A program made the position numbers and the translations under genes. DNA of 64,000 nucleotides from Candidatus Thorarchaeota archaeon (GTDB taxonomy: Archaea > Asgardarchaeota > Thorarchaeia > Thorarchaeales > Thorarchaeaceae): positions 194,327 to 258,326 of the forward strand of contig DXJO01000006.1 in NCBI GenBank assembly GCA_019057475.1. The letters run 5' to 3'. How positions within the stretch are numbered: position 1 is the stretch's first letter; each line of letters begins with the position of its first letter. Below the pieces are notes generated by a model. That model was not told where the DNA came from and made no database searches. It saw only the letters and a program-made list of their open reading frames with translations. This document shows, one piece after another, positions 19,022-28,573 of this stretch.

Positions 19022-20737
19022 TTATATCTCTAGGACACACATGAGCACATCATGATCCGAGCTCCTAATCCCAGTATTCCGATCGTAGACATATGTCCAA
19101 TAGGGAAAGTCAGGATTGAAATGGATCACCATGGCCTTATGAAAGGCTTTCTTCAACGATGGTGTAAGCAGAATGTGGTCTAGACATTCCGATACCCCCC
19201 TGTAGATGTAGGTGTAGCGATCTTCTTTTTCTACCTCATAGTTCAGATGGTTCAACCCACCAACAGTCAGCGCTGCCAATGTTGCGCTATCCACGAAGTC
19301 GTTTAGATCACCAATCACAACGACCTTCGCGTCTGGATGGCCATCATCAATCTCGTCAACTAAGCTACTGACCCACTCTGCCTGTTCGATGCGTCGGGGC
19401 TCTGGATCCGCATAGTATGGTTCATAGACACCCTTCGACTTGAAGTGATTGATAATCAACCACAGATCTGAGGTGCTTCCTTTCTTCCCCAGAATCTCAA
19501 GATTGACCACCAGGGGTGGTCGCGAGAAGAGTGGATTGGCTCCCTCTGGGCAAACGTAATTGGGGTCTGTACCAGGTCCGTAGCCATCGTTCAAGTATGT
19601 GTGATACTGCCTAGCCTCCGCATAGTTAACCGAGCCAACTCTATCAGTTCGATAGAGCAGACCAACATTGATTCCGCGGACATCTGGCCCATCAATGAGG
19701 ATTGCCTCATATTCAGCCTCAATTGGCCACGTTGCTGCCAGTTGCTGAAGGAGTTCAATCTTCTCTACTTCTTGCACTGCGATTAGATCAGGCTCGCCTA
19801 GGAAATCATGAATGGCGTGAGCATGCTTCGCAAAATCCGTTGCAACGTAGTAGTCATCAAAGAAGTTGTACATGTTGTAGGTGGCAATCGTTAGAGCCTT
19901 GTAATCCTTGGCTGGCTTCAAGTTGTGCCCTTGTTCAATTACTTCGAGCTCGATGTTCCTAGCTGGCTGTATCTTGTACTCGTCGTAGGTGTAATCGAGC
20001 GGCCCGTATAGACCTTTAACCACCCAACCGGATTCGACTTCAAGTCGACACCCGCCTTCATCATCCACAAAGATTAGCTCGCCTGTGCCAACGGGGTCGT
20101 CCTGGAACACTCGCTCGACATTTAGATCCTCGACAACACCAGCGAACTCGTTAAAGCGATCTGTACCAGCCACCACTTTCATGTCTGAAACCGAAACAAG
20201 CATCCCCTCAAGCGATTCATAGTAAGCATCGGATGCATAGTCACGGCGTGGCGGATTGAGCTCAACTGCGTCAGGAAGTGGATTGTCACTGGACAGGATA
20301 GTGATAGTCCTTGCATAGTATACCTCGGTCAACCCGTAGTACTCCTTGACCTTTCCGACCAAGTAAATCTCATCGCCGACATTCACATCCGTCCAACGAT
20401 TGTAAACGAAGATCCCGTCAGAGGTATCCGGATTACCGTCACCCTCTGAATCTTGAAGGAAGAACCCTTTCTTATTCTCACCTTGGTAATCGGCTGTGAC
20501 AATACCCGTAGTTTCCAGATACGTGTATTGATGCGGTGATTCAAAACCATCGCCTTGGATATCCCCGATTCTATAGAATGTATAAGCATGAACCAGAGTT
20601 GGACTCATAATAACGAGAAATCCAAGTGTAGTCAGAATGTACAGCGTAAGCAGCCTACGTATTTGTTTCTGCGTCATTTTCATTCTCTCTCCCTTTTTGA
20701 ATGTCAAGACATGCTTCTGGAGCTGGTCGTTTGACAT
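19022..20737 (-). CDS. Secreted nuclease (OB fold plus endonuclease/exonuclease/phosphatase domain, ExeM/YhcR-like)
   Basis: Signal peptide; GFFLQD..GDGNPDTSDGIFV; ATYNMYN, AVQEV, NHFKSK, GDLND, LDHI, SSDHD. Confidence 0.92.
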   Translation of the reverse strand: MSNDQLQKHVLTFKKGERMKMTQKQIRRLLTLYILTTLGFLVIMSPTLVHAYTFYRIGDIQGDGFESPHQYTYLETTGIVTADYQGENKKGFFLQDSEGDGNPDTSDGIFVYNRWTDVNVGDEIYLVGKVKEYYGLTEVYYARTITILSSDNPLPDAVELNPPRRDYASDAYYESLEGMLVSVSDMKVVAGTDRFNEFAGVVEDLNVERVFQDDPVGTGELIFVDDEGGCRLEVESGWVVKGLYGPLDYTYDEYKIQPARNIELEVIEQGHNLKPAKDYKALTIATYNMYNFFDDYYVATDFAKHAHAIHDFLGEPDLIAVQEVEKIELLQQLAATWPIEAEYEAILIDGPDVRGINVGLLYRTDRVGSVNYAEARQYHTYLNDGYGPGTDPNYVCPEGANPLFSRPPLVVNLEILGKKGSTSDLWLIINHFKSKGVYEPYYADPEPRRIEQAEWVSSLVDEIDDGHPDAKVVVIGDLNDFVDSATLAALTVGGLNHLNYEVEKEDRYTYIYRGVSECLDHILLTPSLKKAFHKAMVIHFNPDFPYWTYVYDRNTGIRSSDHDVLMCVLEI

Positions 20738-20962
20738 CTAATGGCTGCATGTGTAGGCACACTATTTGTTTGTTATGCTTCGGATCCCCTTATGCCGCTG
20801 AAACCAAGCCCTGCCTGGAGCATCTCCAGTCGGTGGAATAACGCCAAGCGATTCAATCTCGCATTTCGCGTGGTGCTATTATTACCAATACCAGATGCTA
20901 ATACATGCCGAGGGATTGTTATGCCAGACACTATCAACCCCTTCGGTTAGAGGTGTGACGAG

Positions 20963-22132
20963 TTGCAGACATTGAAAGGAATCAATGCACTTGAGCGAAT
21001 TGAAGAGCGCTATCTCGCACTTCGCAAGCTCCTTACCGATTTGGTTGCTAATTCATCCTCCAGCACGCAGATTATGTCTGCATTACACAAGATTGGAGAA
21101 ATCGCAAAAGGGATGGCTTCTATCGGCGTATACATTGGGCCTGGCGAGTGGATTGCGCTGAATCCTACGGACAAAAGAGCGAACTGGCGGCCTGCCGAGA
21201 GGAGTGAAGCAGACCTCTTCACAAAAGCAATGAACGTGAGCACAGTGGAGTTCTGTGAAGGGCAATCCAGTTCCAGTCCTCTGATAGCAGTGTCCTCCGA
21301 AGGTCAAACTCCGTTGGTCTTGGTTATCACTGACATAAAGGATTCAAAATGGTCAGATTCGACTATCGAAGGCTTCAAGGAACTCATGCTTCCTCTCAGC
21401 TTAGCTGTCCAATATGCAATGTCACTTCAAGAGGCCAAGCGGTCAGCACGCCAGACAGATCTACTTCTTGACCTTCTTCTCCACGACATCAGGAATTTTA
21501 TCAGCATAACTCGAACCTCCCTGGAATTCCTAGAGATCGACTCCAGCAATGTGAACACAAGAGAGGAACATATCGCAATCGCATTAGACCAGACCGACGG
21601 CATAACCAACTTGCTTGCACGTGTGAAAGGCATTCTATCCAAGAAAGAACCAGGAGAATTGTCATCGGTGAATCTTATCGAAGCCTTGAGGGCGAGCATT
21701 AGCACCGTCACGTCACAGTATGGAAACGATATACTCGAGATTGGACTGAAAGACGAACTGGAAGATGGCACGCCCTTTGTGATTGCAGACCAGCTCTTAT
21801 CGGAGGTCTTTGTGAACATTCTCACCAATGCAATCAAATACACAGAAGAAGATACCAAGTGGATTGAAATTGATTGGAACCGCTGGAGTGTCAACCCCTC
21901 ATTCGTTGTGATATCGTTCTCTGACAGAGGTAGGGGGATTCCAGAACACCTCAAATCCAAAGTTATCGGGCGTTTTGCCCTCGAAAGCAGCACGGGTATG
22001 GGTCTTGGACTAAATGTCATTTTGCGACTTGTTGAGCAATAGGCTGGGTATCTCTGGTTCGAGGATAGGGTTAAAGGTGACCATAGCCAAGGCACCGTAG
22101 TAAACGTCGCTCTTCGTTTAGCTGGCGATTAG
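20963..22132 (+). pseudogene. Sensor histidine kinase interrupted by an in-frame TAG at 22040-22042
   Basis: H-box LLHDIRN, N-box NILTNAIKY, DRGRGI, GMGLGL. After VEQ* the frame continues AGYLWFEDRVKGDHSQGTVVNVAL, the final HATPase strands, to TAG at 22130-22132. Confidence 0.8.
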
Positions 22133-22155
22133 TTACAGGCACGGTCCTGAGTGAA

Positions 22156-22974
22156 TTACGGCTCAGGTGGAGGAACTGTCAGCTGCGCTCGTTCATTGAA
22201 CATCTCGCGCAGGAACAGACGCGACGTTATTAGAGCAGCAATCATGGCGGACAAGAAGATCATGATGAATATAATGACTTGATAGATGGCGGCCTCGAGT
22301 GGATTTACACCTCCGATAATCATTCCGCTCATTAGCCCCGGAATACTCACGATGCCAAGAGACGCGTACCGGTTCAAATTCGGCAGCAAGCCGGACCTTA
22401 TTGATTCACGAATTGTTAGCTCTGTTGCTTGCTTAGGCGTGGCGCCAAGAGCCAGGGCGGTTTCAAGGAGTGGTCTTTGCTTTTGGGCGTTTGACCACAT
22501 CCTGTCGATAACCAAGCTGGTTAGACCCATGCAATTCCCGATGAGCATGCCACCCATTGGAATGATGAATTCCCCAGGACCCGACCGCCAATCGATAATT
22601 TCCAGTACAACTACAACGGCCATGACAGAGAGAGCGCCGACCAAGATTCCCGGGAGAGTTGCACGCATGACCCCGGGAATGCGTTCCAGATTGCTTCTTG
22701 TCGTATGGCCGGCAAAGACGCCCATGAACGTCAGCACACCAAAAATGACAATCAAATCAGAGAGGGCAAAGATGTAGACCAGAATCAAGGCCATCAATAT
22801 GATTTGAATTGTACCCCGAATCGTGCCTACGATCAGTTTGTGTCCTATGCCGATTCCTTGCCATTTTGTTACTATGATAAGGACAGCCAGCAGTATCATC
22901 GCGGCGGCGTAGCGTTGGAGCATCACAGTGTACTGCTCTGGAATCTGAAATAGGGCGAATAGATCTAATTGCAT
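22156..22974 (-). CDS. fetB: UPF0014/FetB family ABC permease
   Basis: IIPMGGMLIGN, ALALGAT, GIVSIPGLMSGMIIGG..P..AAIYQ. Confidence 0.9.
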   Translation of the reverse strand: MQLDLFALFQIPEQYTVMLQRYAAAMILLAVLIIVTKWQGIGIGHKLIVGTIRGTIQIILMALILVYIFALSDLIVIFGVLTFMGVFAGHTTRSNLERIPGVMRATLPGILVGALSVMAVVVVLEIIDWRSGPGEFIIPMGGMLIGNCMGLTSLVIDRMWSNAQKQRPLLETALALGATPKQATELTIRESIRSGLLPNLNRYASLGIVSIPGLMSGMIIGGVNPLEAAIYQVIIFIMIFLSAMIAALITSRLFLREMFNERAQLTVPPPEP

Positions 22975-22975
22975 T

Positions 22976-23629
22976 CTAGGACGCCTCCGATAGGTTTTCC
23001 AACTCTAGGACTCTAGAGGTGAAACGTTCTGCCTGCTCTTTGTTGTGTGTCACAATCAAGACGCCCATCTGGTGATCACTCAGAAGACTATTGATTGTCT
23101 TCTCCACGGCCAACGCCGAATCTGTATCGAGGGCAGAAGTAGGTTCATCGAGGAGTAGCACATTGGGTTTGAGCAGGAGTGCGCGAGCTATTGCCACGCG
23201 TTGTTTTTGACCACCTGAGAGGTTCTCAGCATTACCATCCAAGTCTATTGGCCAGAGCTGAACCTCCCGCAGTATTGCTTTCAGTTGTTCATCCTCAGTG
23301 GTCATCCCGTGAACCTTTAACCCCCACACGAGATTCGCTCTAACCGTGCCGGGAAACATCTTGGCTTCTTGGGGGACCATCACTACTCTCCGACGTAGCT
23401 CTTGAGGATTCCATTCTCTAACATCCTTCTCTTGAAACCGCACACTTCCGGAAGTGGGTGACAGGAGATCGTTGACGATTCGAAGCAGTGTACTCTTCCC
23501 ACATCCAGAAGGTCCAGTGATTCCATAGGTTTCATTGTGGTGCAAGATAAGAGAAACATTCCTCAGTACTTGCTTCCCTTCAAATGCCATAGAAACCTTC
23601 TCTAGCTCTAGTATCGGAGCGTCAGGCAT
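22976..23629 (-). CDS. fetA: ABC ATPase, FetA-like
   Basis: GPSGCGKS, LSGGQKQR, LLLDEPTSALD; abuts fetB. Confidence 0.85.
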   Translation of the reverse strand: MPDAPILELEKVSMAFEGKQVLRNVSLILHHNETYGITGPSGCGKSTLLRIVNDLLSPTSGSVRFQEKDVREWNPQELRRRVVMVPQEAKMFPGTVRANLVWGLKVHGMTTEDEQLKAILREVQLWPIDLDGNAENLSGGQKQRVAIARALLLKPNVLLLDEPTSALDTDSALAVEKTINSLLSDHQMGVLIVTHNKEQAERFTSRVLELENLSEAS

Positions 23630-23751
23630 AGATATTTCAATCCTAGATACTAACGGATTGCATCGTTGTTAAAACTGCTAGTATCAGTAACTTGGTACCA
23701 TAATGGTCATAAGGCAAGCTCTTAGTTCGCTCTTGCTGAGTGTGAAACTGG

Positions 23752-24549
23752 ATGGATGAATCTGACGCTGAACAGGATATGGTGCTGATTGAAGGAAGAT
23801 CAGAAACCATCCGAATTGTTGTTGGAGTTGTTCTTGCGGCCCTTTATGCGGTTTTGGCACTTCTTCCTATGAGTGGCTTTGTGGGGGCTGGAGGCATCAC
23901 TAGTATCCTGAGCTTCGCAGTTATCATTGCACCTCTCTTCGGATTGCTGCTTGGACCAACCAGGGGTTTTGTCTTCGGTTTGATAGCTGGAATACTAGCG
24001 TATGTAGTGACTCTGCCCGTCGGTACAAGCGTCTACATATTGCTGCCACTAACAATCCTAGGTCCGGCAGTCGCCGGGCTTTTCACAGGGCTCGCGATGA
24101 GGAGAATTACCAAGATTCGAGGCGTTCGCCTGCCTGGCCCAATCTTGACAGCGCTATTTCTAGCTGCAATAATCGTGCTGTACGAGATTCCCAACCACAG
24201 CGCCTGGTGGTTCATGACGCCCTACATGCTCGCATTGATTATTGTGTTGCTCCTGCAGGTGAGAAGCATTGAATTCAATCCTGATAGGCAAGGGCCCTTG
24301 AGGTACCTGCAGCTCCTTCCGTACACATTCATCGGCGCGATGCTTGACCACTCTATGATGGCGATGGGCTCTGTGTATCTCTTGACACTGGAGCCAGCGG
24401 TCTTTGGTTTCGTTATATTTCCGTTGATGCTGTTGGAGCGTGGGCTTGCGGCGATTGTCGGTGCCATGGTCGCATCTGTTGTGCTGGGCGCATTCCGCAA
24501 CGAGGTGTGGATCAAAATTCAGGTTTCCTCGGCTGAATCCAGTGTCTGA
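23752..24549 (+). CDS. Integral membrane protein, ECF transporter S-component-like
   Basis: LAALYAV...APLFGLLLGP..G pattern; about 7-8 TM helices. Confidence 0.65.
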   Translation: MDESDAEQDMVLIEGRSETIRIVVGVVLAALYAVLALLPMSGFVGAGGITSILSFAVIIAPLFGLLLGPTRGFVFGLIAGILAYVVTLPVGTSVYILLPLTILGPAVAGLFTGLAMRRITKIRGVRLPGPILTALFLAAIIVLYEIPNHSAWWFMTPYMLALIIVLLLQVRSIEFNPDRQGPLRYLQLLPYTFIGAMLDHSMMAMGSVYLLTLEPAVFGFVIFPLMLLERGLAAIVGAMVASVVLGAFRNEVWIKIQVSSAESSV

Positions 24550-25142
24550 ATAACAATCTCAATTGCTCGGACGATGCTTTCGAGGGGCATTGTGGCAAGC
24601 TCCATCTTATCCTTCTCAAGGGCTTGAGAGGGCAGCGGTGGCAAGTGTATGAACGTGACACGCGCGCGAATCTTGCCTGTCGCAATTCTGTGGAGGATAC
24701 TGAATAAAATCCAATTGCATCCATATGTTCCTGCGTGATAGCTGACGTAAGCAGGAATTCCCTCACTTTTAAGAGCCTCTACAAGTGGATGAGGGTCAAT
24801 GTTTGCGTAGTAGGCCGCCGGTGCATCTGCATCAATCACATCAGTTTCCGGAGTGTTTCCCCAGTTATCAGCGCGCTTTGTGCCCAATGCGTTGATAGCA
24901 ATGCGTTCAATGGATACCGTAGCTCTGCTGGCTTGGCCACAACACAAGATGACCTGTGGGTTATGAGCAGCCAACAGCTCCTCAAGCTTATCCAAGGCTG
25001 TCGCATAGTCGAGCGGAAGGGTAGCCCCTACGATGTCGTATCCTGCAATCTTTCGCCCACTGATTGCCTTCACTAGTTCATCTGAGGGGTTTATGCTGTA
25101 TCCATTAAAGGGCTCGAACCCTGTAGCAAGCAGTTTTGACAT
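24519..25142 (-). CDS. pcp: Pyroglutamyl-peptidase I (C15)
   Basis: TGFEPF...NPS, ERIAIN, AGTYGCN, FIHLP (Glu-Cys-His triad). Confidence 0.95.
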   Translation of the reverse strand: MSKLLATGFEPFNGYSINPSDELVKAISGRKIAGYDIVGATLPLDYATALDKLEELLAAHNPQVILCCGQASRATVSIERIAINALGTKRADNWGNTPETDVIDADAPAAYYANIDPHPLVEALKSEGIPAYVSYHAGTYGCNWILFSILHRIATGKIRARVTFIHLPPLPSQALEKDKMELATMPLESIVRAIEIVIQTLDSAEET

Positions 25143-25308
25143 CCATCCACTTCATTTCATAGCATTGTGATCGTGTTTCGTCATATACGCAACCAGATAT
25201 CGAAGCAGAGGGATATTGATATAATGCATCCTATCAGTCTTGCAGCACCTCTAGAGGAGATAGGAAAAGGGAAATCTCGCTCATAGAGCCAGCCCCCTTC
25301 AACTTAAG

Positions 25309-28300
25309 CTAACTGCCACCTCGTTTTCTCAGGAAAATTACGATCCCAATCATTAGCACAACTAAGCCTGCTGAGATTCCCAAAATCATGCCGAAATCAA
25401 AGATTGGAGTTGTCGTTTCTGTGGGCGTCGTGGGCGTTGGTGGCGTTTCGACAGGCTCCGTATACGGATTTACTGTGACAATGACCTCGTCAGATACTAA
25501 ATTTCCGCCATAGTCAATGACCACGATTGTGACATTGTAGACTCCTTGTGCCCAGTTGCTAATTCCCATCTCTATGGGGTAGCCTGAACTCCAAACTCCC
25601 GAGCGGAAGACGACACCATCTCGGTATATCAGGAATTCATGCGGATGGTCGTCTGTTGCCGTCCACTCAATCATGAGACCATAGTCTTCTTCGCCTTCAG
25701 TGTATTCGACGTCATCAGGATGACTGATCTCTGGCAAAATGCTGTCTGTCACCGTGATGCTAAAGATGACTGACGCGTAATTGTCGTAAGGGTCAAATGC
25801 TCTGACCTCTAACCAAAATACGCCGGGCCACCACAATGAAGATGAGTTGGTAATCACGCCAGAGGAGTCTATGTAAAACTGCTCCGTGACATTCAGCCAC
25901 CATTGATCAATGCCAGATGGGTCAGTTGCGTTCAAATCGTACCGAAATTCATCAGTGTACTCTACAGTCTGATCCGTAGGTAATGGATGCCATTCAGGGC
26001 CTGTCGTATCCTCCACAGTCACTGTGAAGACTGCTACGAGCTCAAAGCCTTGGAAATTCATTCCTGATACGCGTAGCTCGTATGCACCAACCGCTAGCGG
26101 AGTGATGTTTGTAATAACCCAGTTCCCATCAATGGTGAAATGAACTATGTCGCTAACCACCATGTTCAGGGGTTCAGGAGCAGTAGCATTCAGGTCGTAC
26201 CGGAAGCTATGGTCGAACTCGACTATTTGATCTACAGGTTCTTCCACCCATGATGAGGGCAGTTCTGGAAAACCGGGTGTCATTAATGGATACTGATCCT
26301 CGTTGCTAGCGCTACCTGGAATTGGGTGAGGTGTATCCCCAATCCCATCTGCATTGCCGTCAGAGCCAGTATAGTTCAACCAGTAGTTATGGTGGATGAA
26401 GTTATCTTCTCCGTCATCAACCGCGTTGTTGGAATTATTCGCAAAGGTGTTCCAGAAAATTGAGCACTTGATTGCACGATCATCAATGTAGAGTCCATAC
26501 CTGGTGTTGTTGGCACATGTGTTGTTCATCAGTGTGGCAAACTCGTAATACTCAATGGAGATGCCATCACGACTGTTGTTAAAGCAGAAGTTGTCCACAA
26601 TCAGGATGTACGATGAATAGAAACCCCCTACATGGATCCCATCAAAGCTATTGTTGACGCACGTATTGTTCGAGATTATGCCCCCCACGATATTACCCAT
26701 TACAATACCAGTGGAGCCATTGCTGCATGTGTTGTTATCAACTGTCGTGTAGTCACAATTGCTACGGATACTGATGCTGGTGCTGGGAGTTGTAACGGTA
26801 TTGTTTGCAATAACGCAGTGTTCTGAATCCTCCAAGTGGATCCCAACTCCACAGTTACCGATAAGATTGCCAGCGACTGTGACCCATTCGGAGTATTCGA
26901 GTTTGATACCCTCCCAAAGGTTATCGCAACAGGTATTATTCAATGCGGAGCTGTAGTCAGCATTTCGCAAGGTCATCCCTGTGCCATCGTTGTATTGGCA
27001 TGTGTTGTTTACAATAGCGCTTCCGTGACTCGAGTGGATTCGAATTCCCTCATCGTAATTCCAACTGCAATTATTGTTAGCAATAGTGTTGTTTTCCCCA
27101 ACTAAATCGTAGATGCCGCGATAATTGCGCATGCACGTATTATTAGCCACGGTGTTGAATGTGCTTTCATCAGTGGAACCAACATTCGCAGAGATATAGA
27201 TACCAGTCCGTAGATTGTCGGTACACGTATTATTGGCAACTAGATTGTGTGGACCACATCGTTCCAAGTTGATGCCATGAATGCAATTCGTGACTGTATT
27301 ATTAGTGACTGTAGAATAATTCGAACGCACCAACTGAATACCAACTGAGCAGTTAGCCATAGTCTGATCTTCAACAACTATACCGGAACACGCAACAATG
27401 ATGATTTGTCCAGCTTCCGCTGGGACGATTTCCCCAACCTGATCCTGCAGGTATACTAACGGAAGACCATTGACAGTGTTATCAGTGACTTGCTCCTGCC
27501 GGACAAAAATTTCAAAACGGGGTTCCAGAAACAAGCCGCAGCCTATCATGGTGTTGTTGGCGACAGTATTGCCACCCGACTCGTGTAGCAGTATCGCATA
27601 CTTTCCATTGTCGATGAAAGTGCTGTTGGCAATAGTATTGTCATTGCAATAATGACCAATACTTATCCCCGTGTCGCCATTCTCAGTGAACGTGTTGTTG
27701 TAGATAGTGTGAGAGCCATTATATAACATGTAGATGCCTACGTCGTCTTGCATGAATCTATTGCTGGAAACATTGACATCGCTTGAGTGATCCAAATAGA
27801 GACCATAGGCATTACCAATGAACGTATTGTTGTAGATTGAAAATCCAGGGGTGTGTTCTATAGCTATCCCGAAGTTGCAGCTCGTAAGAGTGTTGTTGAT
27901 TATCGCTGCTGAACCACAATCCTGCATGCGCATTCCGTAGGTATTGTCTTCACAGAGATTGCTGACCAGTTGTGCGTTACTCACATTCAGTAGGTGGATG
28001 CCTATTCCGCCGGCTCCTCCATTATCCCGCACAGTGCAATTCAGAATGATGAAGTGAGCTCGTGTATTCCATATAGCAATGCAGTCATCACTTCCTCCCG
28101 TGATGTTGTAGTTCTCGATGCGGTATGGGTCTTCATCTGTACCTGCTCCAGGCCACCCTTGACTAGCGAAATCTGCATCACCATTAATCGATATGACTGC
28201 ATGCGGTATATGCCCAGCTGTAGCGATTTTCTTGGTGAATGTAATTCGATTAGTATCCACCTCTTCCGAGATGGCAATTTCAGGAGGGATAGTCAATAGA

Positions 28301-28377
28301 AGAAGTCCAAAGATTGCAATGATGGTCAGTGAATTCGCTATCCCTCCATGCTTAGTGGTAACTCCACAAATACGCAT
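25309..28377 (-). CDS. Membrane-anchored right-handed beta-helix (NosD/pectin-lyase-like) surface protein with Ig-like domains
   Basis: Many GI.L...N..NNTC repeats; NYW..Y.G.D..DGIGDTP cap; Ig-like repeats; Thr/Pro linker; TM helix plus RKRG. Confidence 0.88.
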   Translation of the reverse strand: MRICGVTTKHGGIANSLTIIAIFGLLLLTIPPEIAISEEVDTNRITFTKKIATAGHIPHAVISINGDADFASQGWPGAGTDEDPYRIENYNITGGSDDCIAIWNTRAHFIILNCTVRDNGGAGGIGIHLLNVSNAQLVSNLCEDNTYGMRMQDCGSAAIINNTLTSCNFGIAIEHTPGFSIYNNTFIGNAYGLYLDHSSDVNVSSNRFMQDDVGIYMLYNGSHTIYNNTFTENGDTGISIGHYCNDNTIANSTFIDNGKYAILLHESGGNTVANNTMIGCGLFLEPRFEIFVRQEQVTDNTVNGLPLVYLQDQVGEIVPAEAGQIIIVACSGIVVEDQTMANCSVGIQLVRSNYSTVTNNTVTNCIHGINLERCGPHNLVANNTCTDNLRTGIYISANVGSTDESTFNTVANNTCMRNYRGIYDLVGENNTIANNNCSWNYDEGIRIHSSHGSAIVNNTCQYNDGTGMTLRNADYSSALNNTCCDNLWEGIKLEYSEWVTVAGNLIGNCGVGIHLEDSEHCVIANNTVTTPSTSISIRSNCDYTTVDNNTCSNGSTGIVMGNIVGGIISNNTCVNNSFDGIHVGGFYSSYILIVDNFCFNNSRDGISIEYYEFATLMNNTCANNTRYGLYIDDRAIKCSIFWNTFANNSNNAVDDGEDNFIHHNYWLNYTGSDGNADGIGDTPHPIPGSASNEDQYPLMTPGFPELPSSWVEEPVDQIVEFDHSFRYDLNATAPEPLNMVVSDIVHFTIDGNWVITNITPLAVGAYELRVSGMNFQGFELVAVFTVTVEDTTGPEWHPLPTDQTVEYTDEFRYDLNATDPSGIDQWWLNVTEQFYIDSSGVITNSSSLWWPGVFWLEVRAFDPYDNYASVIFSITVTDSILPEISHPDDVEYTEGEEDYGLMIEWTATDDHPHEFLIYRDGVVFRSGVWSSGYPIEMGISNWAQGVYNVTIVVIDYGGNLVSDEVIVTVNPYTEPVETPPTPTTPTETTTPIFDFGMILGISAGLVVLMIGIVIFLRKRGGS

Positions 28378-28482
28378 GGCTTCTACCTTCCTCTCTTCGT
28401 AGTGTTGAACAACTGGCCGCGAAGCTATTAAGTTTTATCGAAATCGAAGCCCTGCCCGACAAGTCACCAATTGCTTCTTCAT

Positions 28483-28526
28483 AAAGAAAAAGGGGGTGCC
28501 CCACGGGTCTAAGAAGCGACCCGGGG
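28483..28526 (-). terminator. Hairpin plus T tract
   Basis: cgggtc/gacccg stem extended by ccc/ggg; followed on the minus strand by TTTTTCTTT; downstream of 28574..32332. Confidence 0.5.
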
Positions 28527-28573
28527 AGCTCACAGCAGCTCCTTTGCAGGGTGACCGCTCTGATTTGTACTAC

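Noticed and set aside
21427-22095. 222-aa antisense ORF, and similar shadows such as 33570..34097, 50514..51164, 63070..63985
   Set aside because: They lie opposite well-supported genes and carry no recognisable motifs.
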